The position numbers were made by a program, and so were the translations under genes. Shown piece after piece: positions 16,444-26,862 of a stretch of DNA of 32,000 nucleotides (the first letter of the stretch is position 1; the number at the start of each line of letters is the position of its first letter). The notes beneath the pieces are model-generated. The model searched no databases, had not been told where the DNA came from, and worked only from the letters and a program-made list of their open reading frames with translations. This stretch comes from Desulfuromonas sp. (GTDB lineage Bacteria; Desulfobacterota; Desulfuromonadia; Desulfuromonadales; Geopsychrobacteraceae), in assembly GCA_002869695.1 (NCBI GenBank), contig PKUD01000123.1, positions 30,540-62,539 of the forward strand, read 5' to 3'.

Positions 16444-17499
16444 TCAGCGTCTGGCAGCGGACAGGCGTTCGCAGGTCGTCAGGAGCAACGTTTCTGTCGT
16501 TTCCCAGTCAATACATTTATCGGTAATCGAAACGCCGTATTTGAGCTGGCTCAAGTCGGCAGGAATTTTTTGATTTCCGGCACCGAGGTTACTTTCGATC
16601 ATAACTGAACAGATTGAGCTATTACCGTCGATAACCTGGTCAACGACGCTTTCCAGGGCTATCTGCTGACGGGTGTGGTCCTTGTCCGAATTGGCGTGAC
16701 TGCAATCGACCATAATCGAGGGGAGAAGATTGTTTTTGGCCAGCAACTCTTCAGTCCGGCGAATATTTTCGGGAAAGTAATTCGGCCCGTCACTTCCGCC
16801 TCGCAGGACGATATGAACGTCGGGGTTTCCGGCTGTTTCGACTATCGCTGTACGGCCCGCATAATTCATCCCCAGGAAGCTGTGTTGGTGAATTGCTGCG
16901 CCCATGGCATCGATTGCGACCTGCAGTCCTCCGTCAGTGCCGTTTTTGAACCCAACGGGGAATGAAAGCCCACTGGCCATTTCACGATGCGTTTGTGATT
17001 CGGTGGTGCGGGCGCCGATCGCTCCCCAGCTGATAATGTCGGCCAGGTATTGCGGGGTGATCGGATCGAGCATTTCACTTGCAATTGGCAATTTCAGGTC
17101 AGTAATAGAACAGAACAGTTGCCTGGCGATACCCAACCCTTTGGAAATCTGGTGTGTTCCATTCAGGTCCGGGTCGTTGATCAGGCCCTTCCAGCCGATG
17201 GTCGTTCGAGGTTTCTCAAAATAGACGCGCATGACGATGAACAGCTGGTCTTTAACTTTCTCGTTGAGTTTAGCCAGCCTGCGCGCATATTCCATGGCTG
17301 CGGATGGATCGTGGATGGAACATGGGCCGATCACCACCATCAGGCGCGGGTCCTGACGTCTCATTATGGATTTGATTCGGGCACGCCAGTCGCTGACGTT
17401 GGAAGCCATTTCGACGGTCAGCGGGAAAACCTGTTTCAGGTTTTCCGGAGCAATAATCGGTGTGACTTTACGAACATTCAGGTTGTTGGTCTGGACCAT
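16444..17499 (-). CDS. aroG: 3-deoxy-7-phosphoheptulonate (DAHP) synthase, class I alpha (AroF/G/H family)
   Basis: 351 aa. VVIGPCSIHD, YFEKPRTTIGWKGLINDP, MVDCSHANS motifs of class I DAHP synthases. The isozyme (F/G/H) cannot be decided from sequence alone. Confidence 0.9.
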   Translation of the reverse strand: MVQTNNLNVRKVTPIIAPENLKQVFPLTVEMASNVSDWRARIKSIMRRQDPRLMVVIGPCSIHDPSAAMEYARRLAKLNEKVKDQLFIVMRVYFEKPRTTIGWKGLINDPDLNGTHQISKGLGIARQLFCSITDLKLPIASEMLDPITPQYLADIISWGAIGARTTESQTHREMASGLSFPVGFKNGTDGGLQVAIDAMGAAIHQHSFLGMNYAGRTAIVETAGNPDVHIVLRGGSDGPNYFPENIRRTEELLAKNNLLPSIMVDCSHANSDKDHTRQQIALESVVDQVIDGNSSICSVMIESNLGAGNQKIPADLSQLKYGVSITDKCIDWETTETLLLTTCERLSAARR

Positions 17500-17613
17500 G
17501 GCATCCTCACTCGAGACAGATGAGATTAAAATCTATTGCAATAAATGGTAATGGAGATTATCGGTTTTGTCGGGGATTGTCAAAATGTCAATAACCGTGA
17601 TTCTCGTCAATCA

Positions 17614-17643
17614 TTGACAGGTCTTTCTCTAATCAAGTATAAA
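17614..17643 (+). promoter_or_regulatory. Sigma70-like promoter upstream of yggT
   Basis: TTGACA (17614-17619), 18-nt spacer, TATAAA (17638-17643). Confidence 0.4.
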
Positions 17644-17692
17644 ATCTATCAAATTACGAAATTAATGAAATCTTCAGGATACTGGTACTTTT

Positions 17693-17980
17693 ATGGATTA
17701 TCTTATTGTTGCACTGGCGAGAATTATCGATCTTGCTTTCAATCTTTATATTTTCATCGTTATTGCACGGGCGTTGGTGTCCTGGGTTAATCCTGACCCC
17801 TATAATCCTATTGTCCGCTTTCTGCACAATGCTACAGATCCTCTCCTGTACCGGATCCGGCGCTTTATCCCGTTTCAGCTGGGCGCTTTCGATTTTTCGC
17901 CGATTGTCCTGTTGCTGGCACTTTCTGTTCTCCAGCAGGTTCTGGTCGGTTTCCTGTTCCGCCTTGCCAACAGTCTGTGA
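17693..17980 (+). CDS. yggT: YggT family membrane protein
   Basis: 95 aa. ARALVSWVNPDPYNPIVRFLHNATDPLL is the characteristic YggT/Ycf19 motif. Two hydrophobic segments. Confidence 0.85.
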   Translation: MDYLIVALARIIDLAFNLYIFIVIARALVSWVNPDPYNPIVRFLHNATDPLLYRIRRFIPFQLGAFDFSPIVLLLALSVLQQVLVGFLFRLANSL

Positions 17981-17986
17981 GACTCT

Positions 17987-18517
17987 ATGCGTATAACCCC
18001 GATCGAAATTCAGCAGCATCAGTTCAAAAGCCGGCTGATCGGTTACGATTCTTCCGCCGTTGATCATTTTCTGGAGATGGTGGCTGACGAACTGGAGCGG
18101 CTGTACAAACAGAACCATGAATTGAAGGAGACCCTGGCCAGAACACGTACCGCCCTTGAACAGATGAAGGAGCGCGAAAAAGCTCTCCAGGACACCCTGA
18201 TGACGGCGCAGCGGGTGACCGAAGATCTGAAATCCAACGCGCGCAAAGAATCTGAAGTTCTGCTTGCCGAAGCCAAGATGCAGGGTGAGCAGATCGTCCG
18301 TGCGGCTGAAGGGCGCAGGGTTGAGTTGATCAATGAAATTCAGGAAGTCAAACGTCAGAAAATCTCCTTTGAGAGTACCTTGCGGGCCCTGATTGAAAGC
18401 CATATGAAGCTTCTGAACCTGGATGTCGTTGCTATCGAAGGCGGGGACGCGGAAGACGATTCGCTGATGTTGGAGGCTCAGTTGCCCCTCCAGGACCCGA
18501 GTTCCGAATCCTCTTGA
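17987..18517 (+). CDS. DivIVA domain-containing protein
   Basis: 176 aa. N-terminal ITPIEIQQHQFKSRLIGYDSSAVDHFLEMV DivIVA lipid-binding domain followed by a coiled coil. Confidence 0.85.
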   Translation: MRITPIEIQQHQFKSRLIGYDSSAVDHFLEMVADELERLYKQNHELKETLARTRTALEQMKEREKALQDTLMTAQRVTEDLKSNARKESEVLLAEAKMQGEQIVRAAEGRRVELINEIQEVKRQKISFESTLRALIESHMKLLNLDVVAIEGGDAEDDSLMLEAQLPLQDPSSESS

Positions 18518-18831
18518 AATATCCCTGTCTGCAAAAGAAAAACGGCGGGACCGGGTTGGAGCTCAAGGTGCAACCCCGTTCAAGCCGTAATCAAATTGTT
18601 GGTCTGCAAGGGTCCGCACTGAAAATTAAGCTGACCGCTCCCCCAGTGGATGGAGCTGCAAACAAGCTGTGTTGTGATTTTCTTGCCCGCCAGTTCGGCC
18701 TACCCAAGTCGGCGGTAGAACTTCTCTCTGGGGAGTCATCGCGGCATAAAATAGTCTTGTTAAGGGATCTCGACTGTCGGCAGGTCGGGGAATTGCTGGC
18801 ACCTTATATCGGTGATGGATCAGCGTCTTGA
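18514..18831 (+). CDS. yggU: DUF167 (YggU) family protein
   Basis: LELKVQPRSSRNQIVGLQGSALKIKLTAPPVDGAANKLCCDFLARQFGLPKSAVELLSGESSRHK matches the YggU/DUF167 pattern. The TTG start overlapping the divIVA stop is uncertain. Confidence 0.75.
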   Translation: MKYPCLQKKNGGTGLELKVQPRSSRNQIVGLQGSALKIKLTAPPVDGAANKLCCDFLARQFGLPKSAVELLSGESSRHKIVLLRDLDCRQVGELLAPYIGDGSAS

Positions 18832-18898
18832 CATTTGCTCCCCGTTGAAAATAAAATGCGCCGCGCAGTCGAAAAAAAACAAATCTGGAGGAAGAACG

Positions 18899-19141
18899 AT
18901 GCCATTATATGAGTACCAATGTGGGTCCTGTGGCCAGCAGTTTGAAGTTCGTCAGAAATTTTCCGATAAGCCTCTGACATCCTGTAAGGAATGCGGTGGA
19001 GAGGTTAAGAAGCTTATTTCCCAGGGTGGTTTCGCCCTGAAAGGGAGTGGCTGGTACCAGCAGGGATACACTTCACAGCCTGCCTGCTCAGCACCCAAGG
19101 GAGACGGCTGCTCAGGCTGCCCCAAAGCGGCGAACGGCTGA
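18899..19141 (+). CDS. FmdB-family zinc-ribbon protein
   Basis: 80 aa from MPLYEYQCGSCGQQFE..CKECGG (paired CxxC zinc ribbon) with GGAGGAAG SD upstream. The track ORF start at 18812 is rejected. Confidence 0.8.
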   Translation: MPLYEYQCGSCGQQFEVRQKFSDKPLTSCKECGGEVKKLISQGGFALKGSGWYQQGYTSQPACSAPKGDGCSGCPKAANG

Positions 19142-19179
19142 ACAGCCAATTTATGCCTCATCACGGCTCTCGGAGTATT

Positions 19180-19217
19180 TCCGGGGGCCGTTTTTATTTT
19201 CACGGCCGGACTTTTTC
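19180..19217 (+). terminator. Possible intrinsic terminator after the zinc-ribbon gene
   Basis: Bulged stem TCCGG(GGG)CCG / CGGCCGGA with a 12-nt loop, followed by CTTTTTC. Confidence 0.35.
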
Positions 19218-19269
19218 ATCTCCCGGCAGCTCACTTATAGTGTTTACGTCAAATAGGCTCGAGAGTGGC

Positions 19270-19298
19270 TTTACAATGCCCAAATGGTTACGTATAGT
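19270..19298 (+). promoter_or_regulatory. Sigma70-like promoter upstream of folD-gcv operon
   Basis: TTTACA (19270-19275), 17-nt spacer, TATAGT (19293-19298). Confidence 0.45.
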
Positions 19299-19342
19299 TT
19301 CGAGGTTGATGACAGCGGATTTTTTTTCACGGAGGATAAAGC

Positions 19343-20200
19343 GTGGCAAGAATTATTGACGGTAAGGCCATTGCGGCCGAGATCAGGAAAGAAATTGCGA
19401 AAGAGACAGAAGCATTAACTGCGCAGGGGACTACGCCGGGCTTGGCGGTGGTTCTGGTCGGCGAAGATCCGGCCAGCCGCGTGTATGTTTCGATGAAGGA
19501 AAAAGCATGTGCCGAAACCGGTATTTTTTCAGATGAATATAAGTTGTCTGCCGAGACCAGCGAGTCAGAGTTGCTGAAGTTAATCGACAAGTTGAACAGC
19601 GACAAGCGGATTGATGGTATTCTGGTCCAGCTGCCACTTCCCGATCATATTGACGAATCAAAGGTCCTCGAGGCCATCTCCCCGGCAAAAGATGTCGATG
19701 GATTCCACCCTTATAATGTCGGTCGCCTTGCAACCGGAAATCCCCTGTTTCAGCCTTGTACCCCCTACGGCGTGATGAAAATGCTGGAGAACACCGGCAT
19801 CGATTTGACCGGCAAGGAAGTTGTTGTGGTCGGGCGCTCCAATATTGTTGGTAAGCCAGTCGCACTTATGTGCCTGGCTCAGCATGCGACCGTTACGTTG
19901 TGTCATTCCCGGACTGCTGACCTTGCAGAAAAGGTTCGCCAGGCAGATGTCCTGATTGCAGCTGTGGGTCGCGCGGAAATGATTAAAGGGGACTGGATCA
20001 AGCAGGGTGCCGTTGTGATTGATGTTGGCGTTAACCGGGTAGGTGAGAAGAAGTTGGTCGGTGATGTGGAATTTGCCGCGGCCTGCGAAAGGGCATCGGC
20101 GATCACTCCGGTTCCTGGCGGGGTCGGGCCGATGACTATCACCATGCTGCTTTACAATACCCTTGAAAGTGCCAAGCGGCGTGCAGGGAGTTCACGCTGA
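19343..20200 (+). CDS. folD: Bifunctional methylenetetrahydrofolate dehydrogenase / methenyl-THF cyclohydrolase
   Basis: 285 aa, GTG start after GGAGGA. IDGKAIA.., [31 protein letters not shown] motifs. Confidence 0.95.
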   Translation: MARIIDGKAIAAEIRKEIAKETEALTAQGTTPGLAVVLVGEDPASRVYVSMKEKACAETGIFSDEYKLSAETSESELLKLIDKLNSDKRIDGILVQLPLPDHIDESKVLEAISPAKDVDGFHPYNVGRLATGNPLFQPCTPYGVMKMLENTGIDLTGKEVVVVGRSNIVGKPVALMCLAQHATVTLCHSRTADLAEKVRQADVLIAAVGRAEMIKGDWIKQGAVVIDVGVNRVGEKKLVGDVEFAAACERASAITPVPGGVGPMTITMLLYNTLESAKRRAGSSR

Positions 20201-20233
20201 AGATCCTCACATCCCTTTGGCATGGAGACGATT

Positions 20234-21316
20234 ATGAAAAAAACACCTTTAAATGAGGTTCATCGTCATTCAGGTGCCCGCATGGTTGAATTCGGTGGAT
20301 GGGATATGCCGGTTCAGTATACCGGGGTCATTGCCGAACATCTTGCGGTACGCCAGAGTGCTGGTCTGTTTGATGTCTCCCACATGGGAGAGATTGAGGT
20401 CAGTGGGGCCCAAGCTCTCGATTTTCTGCAGCATGCCACAATTAATGATGCCTCAACCTTGGTGGATGGACAGGTCCAGTACAGTGCCCTCTGTTACCCA
20501 GACGGTGGTGTGGTAGACGATCTCACTGTCTATCGTTTCAATCGGGAGCGGTTTCTGCTCTGCGTGAATGCGGCCAACAGTGAAAAGGATTTCGCTTGGC
20601 TGAAGACGCTTCAGGCCGAGTCGCCATTCACGACATTCGAAGTCAATGACAGGAGTTCAGAATTTGCCCAGCTTGCCCTGCAGGGCCCGAAAGCCGAACA
20701 GATTCTGTCCCGAGTGACCGATCTGGACCTGACAAAAATAAAGACGTACTTTTTTGCTGAAGGTCGCGTTGCGGGTGTTGAGACTGTCGTGTCACGGACC
20801 GGCTATACCGGTGAAGATGGTTTCGAGCTATATCTTGCGCCTGATGCTGCGGTCACAATCTGGCAAGCTCTGATGCAACATGGCGGAGATGAAGGACTGG
20901 TGCCGGTCGGTCTGGGCGCCAGGGACACCTTGCGTCTGGAAAAGGCCTATGCCCTGTATGGTCATGAGATTACTGCCGAGATAATGCCGCTTGAAGCAAG
21001 ACTTGGCTGGATAACCAAGCTGGGTAAGGGTGGTTTCGTCGGTTGCAATGCTCTGCTCGAAGCAAAAGAGCGGGGTCTCAAGCGGAACCTGATCGGTCTT
21101 AAATTATCTGGCCCCGGCGTCCCTCGGGAGGGCTATCGTGTCGAATACCAGGGCCGCGATGTTGGCTATGTGACCAGTGGCACGATGTCTCCAACCCTCA
21201 GGCAGGGTATTGCCCTGGCTCTGGTGAAAAAAGAGTTCGCCGACGCCGATGATTTTGATATTGTTATCCGCAACCGAACTGTTGCCGCAAAAAGGACGAA
21301 ACTGCCTTTCGTTTAA
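20234..21316 (+). CDS. gcvT: Glycine cleavage system aminomethyltransferase (T protein)
   Basis: 360 aa from MKKTPLNEVH (GGAG 7 nt upstream; alternative ATG at 20222). GGWDMPVQY, FDVSHMGE, TGYTGEDGFE motifs. Confidence 0.93.
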   Translation: MKKTPLNEVHRHSGARMVEFGGWDMPVQYTGVIAEHLAVRQSAGLFDVSHMGEIEVSGAQALDFLQHATINDASTLVDGQVQYSALCYPDGGVVDDLTVYRFNRERFLLCVNAANSEKDFAWLKTLQAESPFTTFEVNDRSSEFAQLALQGPKAEQILSRVTDLDLTKIKTYFFAEGRVAGVETVVSRTGYTGEDGFELYLAPDAAVTIWQALMQHGGDEGLVPVGLGARDTLRLEKAYALYGHEITAEIMPLEARLGWITKLGKGGFVGCNALLEAKERGLKRNLIGLKLSGPGVPREGYRVEYQGRDVGYVTSGTMSPTLRQGIALALVKKEFADADDFDIVIRNRTVAAKRTKLPFV

Positions 21317-21362
21317 CATTTATCACGGGCTATAAAACACTTCAACAGCGTGGAGGTAGATT

Positions 21363-21743
21363 ATGGAATTTCCTGAAGAATTGAAATATACGGAAGAGCA
21401 CGAGTGGGTCTCTCTTGATGGTGATATTGTGACTATTGGAGTGACCGATTTTGCCCAGGATCAGCTGGGTGATGTGGTCTTTGTTGAACTGCCCGAGGTC
21501 GGCGAACAGGTACAGGGCGGCAAGCCTTTCGGCGTCGTTGAGTCAGTCAAGGCCGTTTCCGATGTTTACGCCCCGGTTTCCGGTGAGGTGATTGAGATTA
21601 ACGACGCCTTGCCTGACGATCCCGAGTTGATTAACAATTCTCCTTATGAAGAAGGCTGGATGTTGAAGATTCGTCTTACGACACCTGCAGAGCTGGAAGA
21701 GTTGATGTCTGTTGAGGCCTACCAGGATTTTATTGAAGGCTGA
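21363..21743 (+). CDS. gcvH: Glycine cleavage system H protein (lipoyl carrier)
   Basis: 126 aa. Lipoyl-lysine motif VESVKAVSDVYAPVSGEV. Confidence 0.95.
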   Translation: MEFPEELKYTEEHEWVSLDGDIVTIGVTDFAQDQLGDVVFVELPEVGEQVQGGKPFGVVESVKAVSDVYAPVSGEVIEINDALPDDPELINNSPYEEGWMLKIRLTTPAELEELMSVEAYQDFIEG

Positions 21744-21826
21744 TTCGACTCTGCTTCCTTCTGCTTCGGTCTGTTCAGGGAAAAGCGAACACCTTTTGTA
21801 TCTTCGGCCCCGAGAGGACAGGGAAT

Positions 21827-23172
21827 ATGCGTTATTTGCCGCATACTGACAATGATATCCAGCAGATGCTGGAGACGATCAGCGTTGATCGAATCGAAGA
21901 TCTTTTTTCCGGGATTCCGAGTTCCTGCCGTTTATCGCGACCCCTCGACATTGCCTCTGCGGCTGCCGAATCTGAGCTGGTTGTGCGGCTACAGGAACTG
22001 TCAGGACGCAACGCCAGTGTGTCCGATTGGGACGCTTTCCTCGGCGGGGGTTCTTATAACCATTTCATACCGGCGGTAGTTGACCACCTGGTCAGCCGCA
22101 GTGAATTCTATACCGCCTATACTCCCTATCAGCCAGAAATTAGCCAGGGGACCCTGCAGGCGATTTTTGAATTCCAGACCCTGATCTGCCAGTTAACCGG
22201 GATGGATATTGCCAACGCCTCGATGTATGACGGGGCGTCAGCTTGTGCAGAGGCCGTTCTGCTAGCACTGCGCTGCGCAAGGAAGCGAAATAAAGTTCTG
22301 CTCTCGAGTGCACTCCATCCGCAGTACCGAGAAACGGTGCGCACCTACTGCAGATACCTCCAGGTAGAGATCGAAGAAATTCCTTATACCGAGAGCTTTG
22401 CAACCGACCTGGAGACCCTGAAGGGGCAACTGGATGATCAGGTGGCTGCTGTTGTGGCCGGTTACCCCAACTACTTCGGCCGGGTTGAAGATGTTGCCGC
22501 GCTGGCCGAGGTGACTCACGGGCAGGGTGCGCGATTGATCACCGCAGTGGCCGAACCTTTGGCTCTCGCTCTGTTCAAGTCACCGGGAGAACTGGGCGCC
22601 GACGTGGTTGTAGGTGAAGGTCAGAGTTTTGGCATTCCGCTTTCCTATGGTGGTCCGGGAATCGGTTTTTTTGCGGTCAAAAAGCAGGATATGCGGGCTT
22701 TACCGGGACGGCTGGTCGGAGAGACGGTCGATCAGGACGGAAAGCGCGGATACGTCCTGACACTGGCAACCAGAGAACAGCACATCCGGCGTGAGCGGGC
22801 GACATCTAATATCTGTTCGAACCAGGGAATGTGCACCCTGATAGTCGGAATCTACCTGGCTCTACATGGCAAGCAGGGTCTGCGCCTTCTTGCCGAGCAG
22901 AATTACGCCAAGGCCGCCTATGCGCGTCAGAGGATAGCTCAGTTAAAGGGATTTCAGGTTATGCAGGGCGAGTCGTTCAATGAATTTGTCGTCATCTGCA
23001 GCGAGCCAGCTGCTGACCTGCGCGCGCGCCTGGAACAGGCGCAGATCCTTGCCGGAATTCCGCTTGTTTCTGACTATCCGGAGCAGCAACGGAGCCTCCT
23101 TGTGTGTGTCACGGAACAGAACAGCAGGGAGCAGATCGATCGACTGGTTACAGAGCTGGCAGGAGGTGCAGC

Positions 23173-23176
<4 letters not shown>
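21827..23176 (+). CDS. gcvPA: Glycine dehydrogenase (decarboxylating) subunit 1
   Basis: 449 aa. Split-type P protein N-terminal subunit (YTPYQPEISQGTLQAIFEFQ). ATGA overlap with gcvPB. Confidence 0.93.
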
Positions 23177-24627
<1,451 letters not shown>

Positions 24628-24654
24628 GAAAGATAAATCAAAGATCATTAGCAA

Positions 24655-24683
24655 GGGAGCCGCTGGTACGGCTCCCTTTTTAT
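24655..24683 (+). terminator. Intrinsic terminator of the folD-gcv operon
   Basis: 8-bp GC stem GGGAGCCG / CGGCTCCC, 6-nt loop, TTTTTAT tail. It sits between convergent genes. Confidence 0.75.
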
Positions 24684-25117
24684 CTGCCATAAATATACCT
24701 GTTTGCCAGGGTGTACTGGAAATGCGCATAGATTTTCATCTGTTCGTGGGGCCAATGGCTGGTGACCGGTCCGAATGGCGCCGCCCGGTAAACTGCCTGG
24801 ATGGCTTCGAAGTCAAGATCATCCGAACCGCTGCTTTCCTGCAGATCGACATCGAGTAGTTCCCCCTTGCGATCAATGGTTATCTTCAACAGCAGCACTC
24901 CCTCCTCGCCACGTTGAGCGGCTTGCACCGGGTAATTCCAGACCGCCTCTATCCTGTTGCTGAACCGTTTAAAAAACGAGATCAGGTAGTCGTGCTGCAG
25001 GTTCAGATAAATCTCATCGCCAGCAAGAATGTCTTCTCTTTTCTTGATTCTTTCACGTCTTTCCTCACGAGCGATTCGATTCAGGGTGTCAGGCGACAGT
25101 TGTGTCAGCTTTTGCAA
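24680..25117 (-). CDS. TonB-family C-terminal domain protein (downstream part of an interrupted tonB-like gene)
   Basis: 145 aa. YPVQAAQRGEEGVLLLKITIDRKGELLDVDLQESSGSDDLDFEAIQAVYRAAPFGP fits the TonB_C fold pattern. The only available start is a TTG. Same reading frame as 25148-25609. Confidence 0.65.
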   Translation of the reverse strand: MQKLTQLSPDTLNRIAREERRERIKKREDILAGDEIYLNLQHDYLISFFKRFSNRIEAVWNYPVQAAQRGEEGVLLLKITIDRKGELLDVDLQESSGSDDLDFEAIQAVYRAAPFGPVTSHWPHEQMKIYAHFQYTLANRYIYGR

Positions 25118-25147
25118 GGGAGGGGGCGCCTCAGTCGTAGATTTTTT

Positions 25148-25609
25148 TTATGACACCGGTTGATCATCGGTGCTCCTGCTGGTTTCTGCTGTATCACTTG
25201 CGGCCGTCGGCTGCGATGGCGATGGTGAGGGCGAGGGAGTGGGAAGGGTGTGTTGCGGCTTTACCGGCGCCGCTGGTTTCTCGTCACGGCTGTCTTTCCC
25301 GGTTGGCGCCATCTCTCTTTCCACCGTCTGGTTTGCCTCCGCGTATCGATTGGTTTTGTTCGGTGGATCCTGGTCTGGTTGTGGGGTTTCGTCCAACTCG
25401 AACTGCCTGGGTTGCGGGTCGGGTTGCGCCGGACGTTCTTGCAGGGTGACAAACGTCGGCTCTGGTGGAACAGGGTCGGGCTTGGGAATATATTGGGGAA
25501 ACTGCCAGATAATCAACAGGTGTAGCAGCAAAGACAGCAACAGGCAGACGATGAAAAGTTGCGGCCTTTTAATATTCTTCTTCGCGCGTGAATGGTGGTC
25601 TAGGTGCAT
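25148..25609 (-). CDS. TonB-like N-terminal anchor plus proline-rich spacer (upstream part of an interrupted tonB-like gene)
   Basis: 153 aa. Single TM helix with an SxxxH motif (LLSLLLHLL) as in TonB, then a Pro/Gln/Glu-rich spacer (PKPDPVPPEP..PSPSPSPSQP). Ends at TAA (25148-25150) inside an A-run. Confidence 0.6.
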   Translation of the reverse strand: MHLDHHSRAKKNIKRPQLFIVCLLLSLLLHLLIIWQFPQYIPKPDPVPPEPTFVTLQERPAQPDPQPRQFELDETPQPDQDPPNKTNRYAEANQTVEREMAPTGKDSRDEKPAAPVKPQHTLPTPSPSPSPSQPTAASDTAETSRSTDDQPVS

Positions 25610-25676
25610 ATCGAGCAGTATATCGCGAGCAGCCTTGAAGGACCAGATGTCTCGCAGGTTGTTAGAGGAAAATCGA

Positions 25677-25705
25677 TTGACCGTACTTGGACCATTGGTT
25701 ATAAA
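25677..25705 (+). promoter_or_regulatory. Sigma70-like promoter upstream of pta
   Basis: TTGACC (25677-25682), 17-nt spacer, TATAAA (25700-25705). Confidence 0.4.
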
Positions 25706-25783
25706 CGAAGCTATTCAATGTCCTGTCGGTCATTACTGCCGCTCAAGAATTTTGGTTCCCCTTTTATTACGGAGAAGAGAGAC

Positions 25784-26785
25784 ATGCATCTAGTTGATCA
25801 GATTAAAGCAAAGGCAAAGGAAAATCTTCAGACAGTTGTTCTGCCGGAAGGTTATGATGATCGGATGATCGAGGCATCGGCACGTATTGTTGCTGAGGGA
25901 CTCGCGCGCGTGGTGTTGCTTGGAAACATAGATGCTTTGCAGGGGAAGGCATCCGAACTCGGCGTTTCACTTGAAGGAGTCAGCCTGGTCGATCCAAAGT
26001 CCTCCGAGCTGCTGGGCGGTTATGCCGACGAATTAGTTGAACTGAGAAGAAAAAAAGGATTGAGCCGGGAGCAGGCTCTCGATCTTCTGACCGCTGATGA
26101 TAATCTCTATTTCAGCAGCATGATGGTTCGCAAAGGGGATGCCGGAGGGGCTGTTGCCGGTGCTTTTAATACGACTGGCGATGTGCTGCGCGCCGCCTTT
26201 CAAGTTGTGGGCACTGCCCCGGGAATGAAGACCGTTTCCTCGGTTTTCCTGATGGTCACCAAGAATCCCGATTTCGGTGAGAATGGCGTTCTCTGCTTTG
26301 CCGATTGCGCCGTTAACCCCAACCCGGATGCTCAGGCCCTTGCCGAGATTGCTGTCAGTACCGCGGCCAGTTGCAAGAGCTTCCTCGGTGTTGATGCACG
26401 GGTTGGTATGCTCAGCTTTTCGACCAAGGGCAGTGCTCAACATGACGATTGCGATAAGGTTCTCAAGGCGCTGGAGATTGCCAAAGAGCTCGCCCCTGAC
26501 CTTGCGATTGATGGTGAGTTGCAGGCTGATGCCGCACTGTTGCCAAAGGTAGGTGAAAAGAAAGCACCCGGCTCTACAGTTGCGGGTAAAGCAAATACCC
26601 TCATTTTCCCCGATCTTGATGCCGGCAATATCGGTTATAAACTGGTTGAGCGAGTTGCGGGTGCAGAGGCTGTGGGGCCGATTATCCAGGGATTGGCGAA
26701 GCCTGTAAATGATCTTTCCCGAGGATGTTCGATCGATGATATCGTCAGCGTTTCAGCAATCACCGCAGTCCAGGCGCAGGGGTGA
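25784..26785 (+). CDS. pta: Phosphate acetyltransferase (short, PTA_PTB-only form)
   Basis: 333 aa from MHLVDQIKAKAKENLQTVVLPEGYDDR (GGAGAAGAGA SD upstream). C-terminal GPIIQGLAKPVNDLSRGCS motif. The track ORF start at 25604 is rejected. Confidence 0.9.
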   Translation: MHLVDQIKAKAKENLQTVVLPEGYDDRMIEASARIVAEGLARVVLLGNIDALQGKASELGVSLEGVSLVDPKSSELLGGYADELVELRRKKGLSREQALDLLTADDNLYFSSMMVRKGDAGGAVAGAFNTTGDVLRAAFQVVGTAPGMKTVSSVFLMVTKNPDFGENGVLCFADCAVNPNPDAQALAEIAVSTAASCKSFLGVDARVGMLSFSTKGSAQHDDCDKVLKALEIAKELAPDLAIDGELQADAALLPKVGEKKAPGSTVAGKANTLIFPDLDAGNIGYKLVERVAGAEAVGPIIQGLAKPVNDLSRGCSIDDIVSVSAITAVQAQG

Positions 26786-26831
26786 TAATGACTATTTGAA
26801 CAGAGTTTTCTAAAGGTTCCGTACGGTGAAG

Positions 26832-26862
26832 GGGGCAGTGATTCGTCACTGCCCCTTTTTAC
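26832..26862 (+). terminator. Intrinsic terminator after pta
   Basis: Perfect 10-bp stem GGGGCAGTGA / TCACTGCCCC with TTCG loop, followed by TTTTTAC. Confidence 0.8.

Noticed and set aside
16428-16446. The DAHP synthase TGA stop is in the same frame as the hgcA ATG (18 nt apart), suggesting a possible read-through fusion or selenocysteine
   Set aside because: Same-frame placement has a one-in-three chance of occurring. I see no SECIS-like hairpin downstream of the TGA, and hgcA has its own ATG. I treat it as coincidence.
17654-18403. 249-aa ORF on the minus strand
   Set aside because: It is entirely antisense to the well-supported yggT and divIVA genes. It has no recognisable motifs or Shine-Dalgarno and a low-complexity composition. 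It is a typical shadow ORF.
19142-20233. Expected glycine riboswitch upstream of the gcv operon (before folD or gcvT)
   Set aside because: I could not find the conserved GGAGAG..CACCG..GGGGCAA-type cores in either leader. The folD-gcvT gap is only about 33 nt. There is no evidence for a riboswitch here.
25170-25793. 207-aa Gly/Cys/Ser-rich ORF on the plus strand
   Set aside because: It is the mirror image of the Pro-rich TonB spacer (CCN codons read as NGG on the other strand), and it runs into the pta start region. There is no independent support.
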